From an uncultured Gemmatimonadales bacterium (GTDB lineage: Bacteria; Gemmatimonadota; Gemmatimonadetes; Gemmatimonadales; GWC2-71-9): a DNA stretch of 64,000 nucleotides. Shown here piece after piece: positions 63,135-64,000 of this stretch (the first letter of the stretch is position 1; each line of letters starts with the position of its first letter). A program made the translations under genes and the position numbers. The stretch lies in contig CAVVKJ010000010.1 in NCBI GenBank assembly GCA_963748815.1, positions 1,056,001 to 1,120,000 on the forward strand, in the 5' to 3' direction. The notes under the pieces are model-generated. The model did not search any database. It was not told where the DNA came from and saw nothing but the letters and a program-made list of their open reading frames with translations.

Positions 63135-64000
63135 ATGGCTGATCGCCGCTGGACGTTCATGGTGGTACCCGAGGGGACAGGCGCGTCCCGGGCCATCCAG
63201 GTCTCTCAATCCGTCCTGAAGGTCGGGGCAATCGGGTTGGGCCTGTTTGTCCTGCTGGCGCTGGTCCTCGGCTACGCCACCGTGAGCCGCAGCGTCGACC
63301 TCTCCCGTGCCGCCCGTCTCGAACGCGAAAACCAGCAGCTGGCCGCCACCCTTGGCCAGCTCAACGCCCAGATCTCCTCGCTTTCCGATACGCTCGGCCA
63401 GATCACCCGCCGCGACGCCCGTATCCGCCTGCTCGCCAATCTCGAGCCGACCGATCCGCAGGTGCTGCAGGCGGGCATCGGCGGGCCTGCTCCGGAAACG
63501 CCGGTCAGCGGCGCGCCCCGCAGCGAGCTCGTGCGCCAGGCCACGGAAGTCTCCGTCGACCTGAACGCCATGATCCGGCGCGCCAACCTGCTCGCCTTCT
63601 CGTTCGACGAGGCGGCCGACAGCCTGGAGTCGCACCGCGACCGGCTGGCCGCCCTCCCCTCCATCCTGCCGACGCAGGGCTGGCTGACCAGCGCCTTCAG
63701 CTCGATGCGCGAACACCCGGTGCTGCACATCGCCCGGGCGCACGAGGGCATCGACGTGGTGGCGCCGATGGGCGCGCCGATCGAGGCCCCCGCCGCCGGC
63801 AAGGTGGTCAGCGCAGGGTGGGAAACCGGCTACGGCTACTCCGTCTCGATCGACCACGGCTACGGCATCACCACCCGTTTCGCCCACGCCTCCAAGCTGC
63901 TCGTCCGCCGCGGCGACAAGGTGGAACGCGGCCAGCGCATCGCCCTGGTCGGCAACACCGGATTGGCCACCGGACCGCACCTGCACTACGAGGTGCACGT
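63135..64000 (+). CDS. M23 family metallopeptidase (runs off window; not in the ORF track)
   Basis: MADRRWTFMVVP, TM helix, coiled coil, PS..P..GW.TS.F, HEGID, GYG..V.IDHG, GPHLHYEV. Confidence 0.92.
   Translation, partial: MADRRWTFMVVPEGTGASRAIQVSQSVLKVGAIGLGLFVLLALVLGYATVSRSVDLSRAARLERENQQLAATLGQLNAQISSLSDTLGQITRRDARIRLLANLEPTDPQVLQAGIGGPAPETPVSGAPRSELVRQATEVSVDLNAMIRRANLLAFSFDEAADSLESHRDRLAALPSILPTQGWLTSAFSSMREHPVLHIARAHEGIDVVAPMGAPIEAPAAGKVVSAGWETGYGYSVSIDHGYGITTRFAHASKLLVRRGDKVERGQRIALVGNTGLATGPHLHYEVH

Overview
High-GC bacterial chromosome segment. Gene content and order suggest Gemmatimonadota or a related FCB-group lineage (inference only). Most of it is core metabolism: gcvH-gcvP with a LipM-like transferase, a peptide ABC operon with DppA, SCO/PCuAC/CtaG copper chaperones, thiO, lipA-pdhABC-lpdA-lipB, and dnaE-accA-ricT-metG. 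No rRNA, tRNA, CRISPR array, transposase or phage gene was recognised. Several genes, including the essential dnaE, accA and metG, are broken by apparent single-base insertions, most likely long-read consensus errors. The most unusual parts are: (1) a lower-GC tandem array of six small outer-membrane beta-barrel genes (37.0-41.7 kb), five sharing a Cys-pair-stapled variable loop, several with their own terminator and two with sigma54-type promoters; (2) an operon encoding a membrane protein, a winged-helix regulator, an extra UppS, a membrane-anchored protein and DUF4153, with a perfect palindromic operator at a near-leaderless promoter; (3) a dispersed GCGGGGAN octamer repeat family found between and inside genes.
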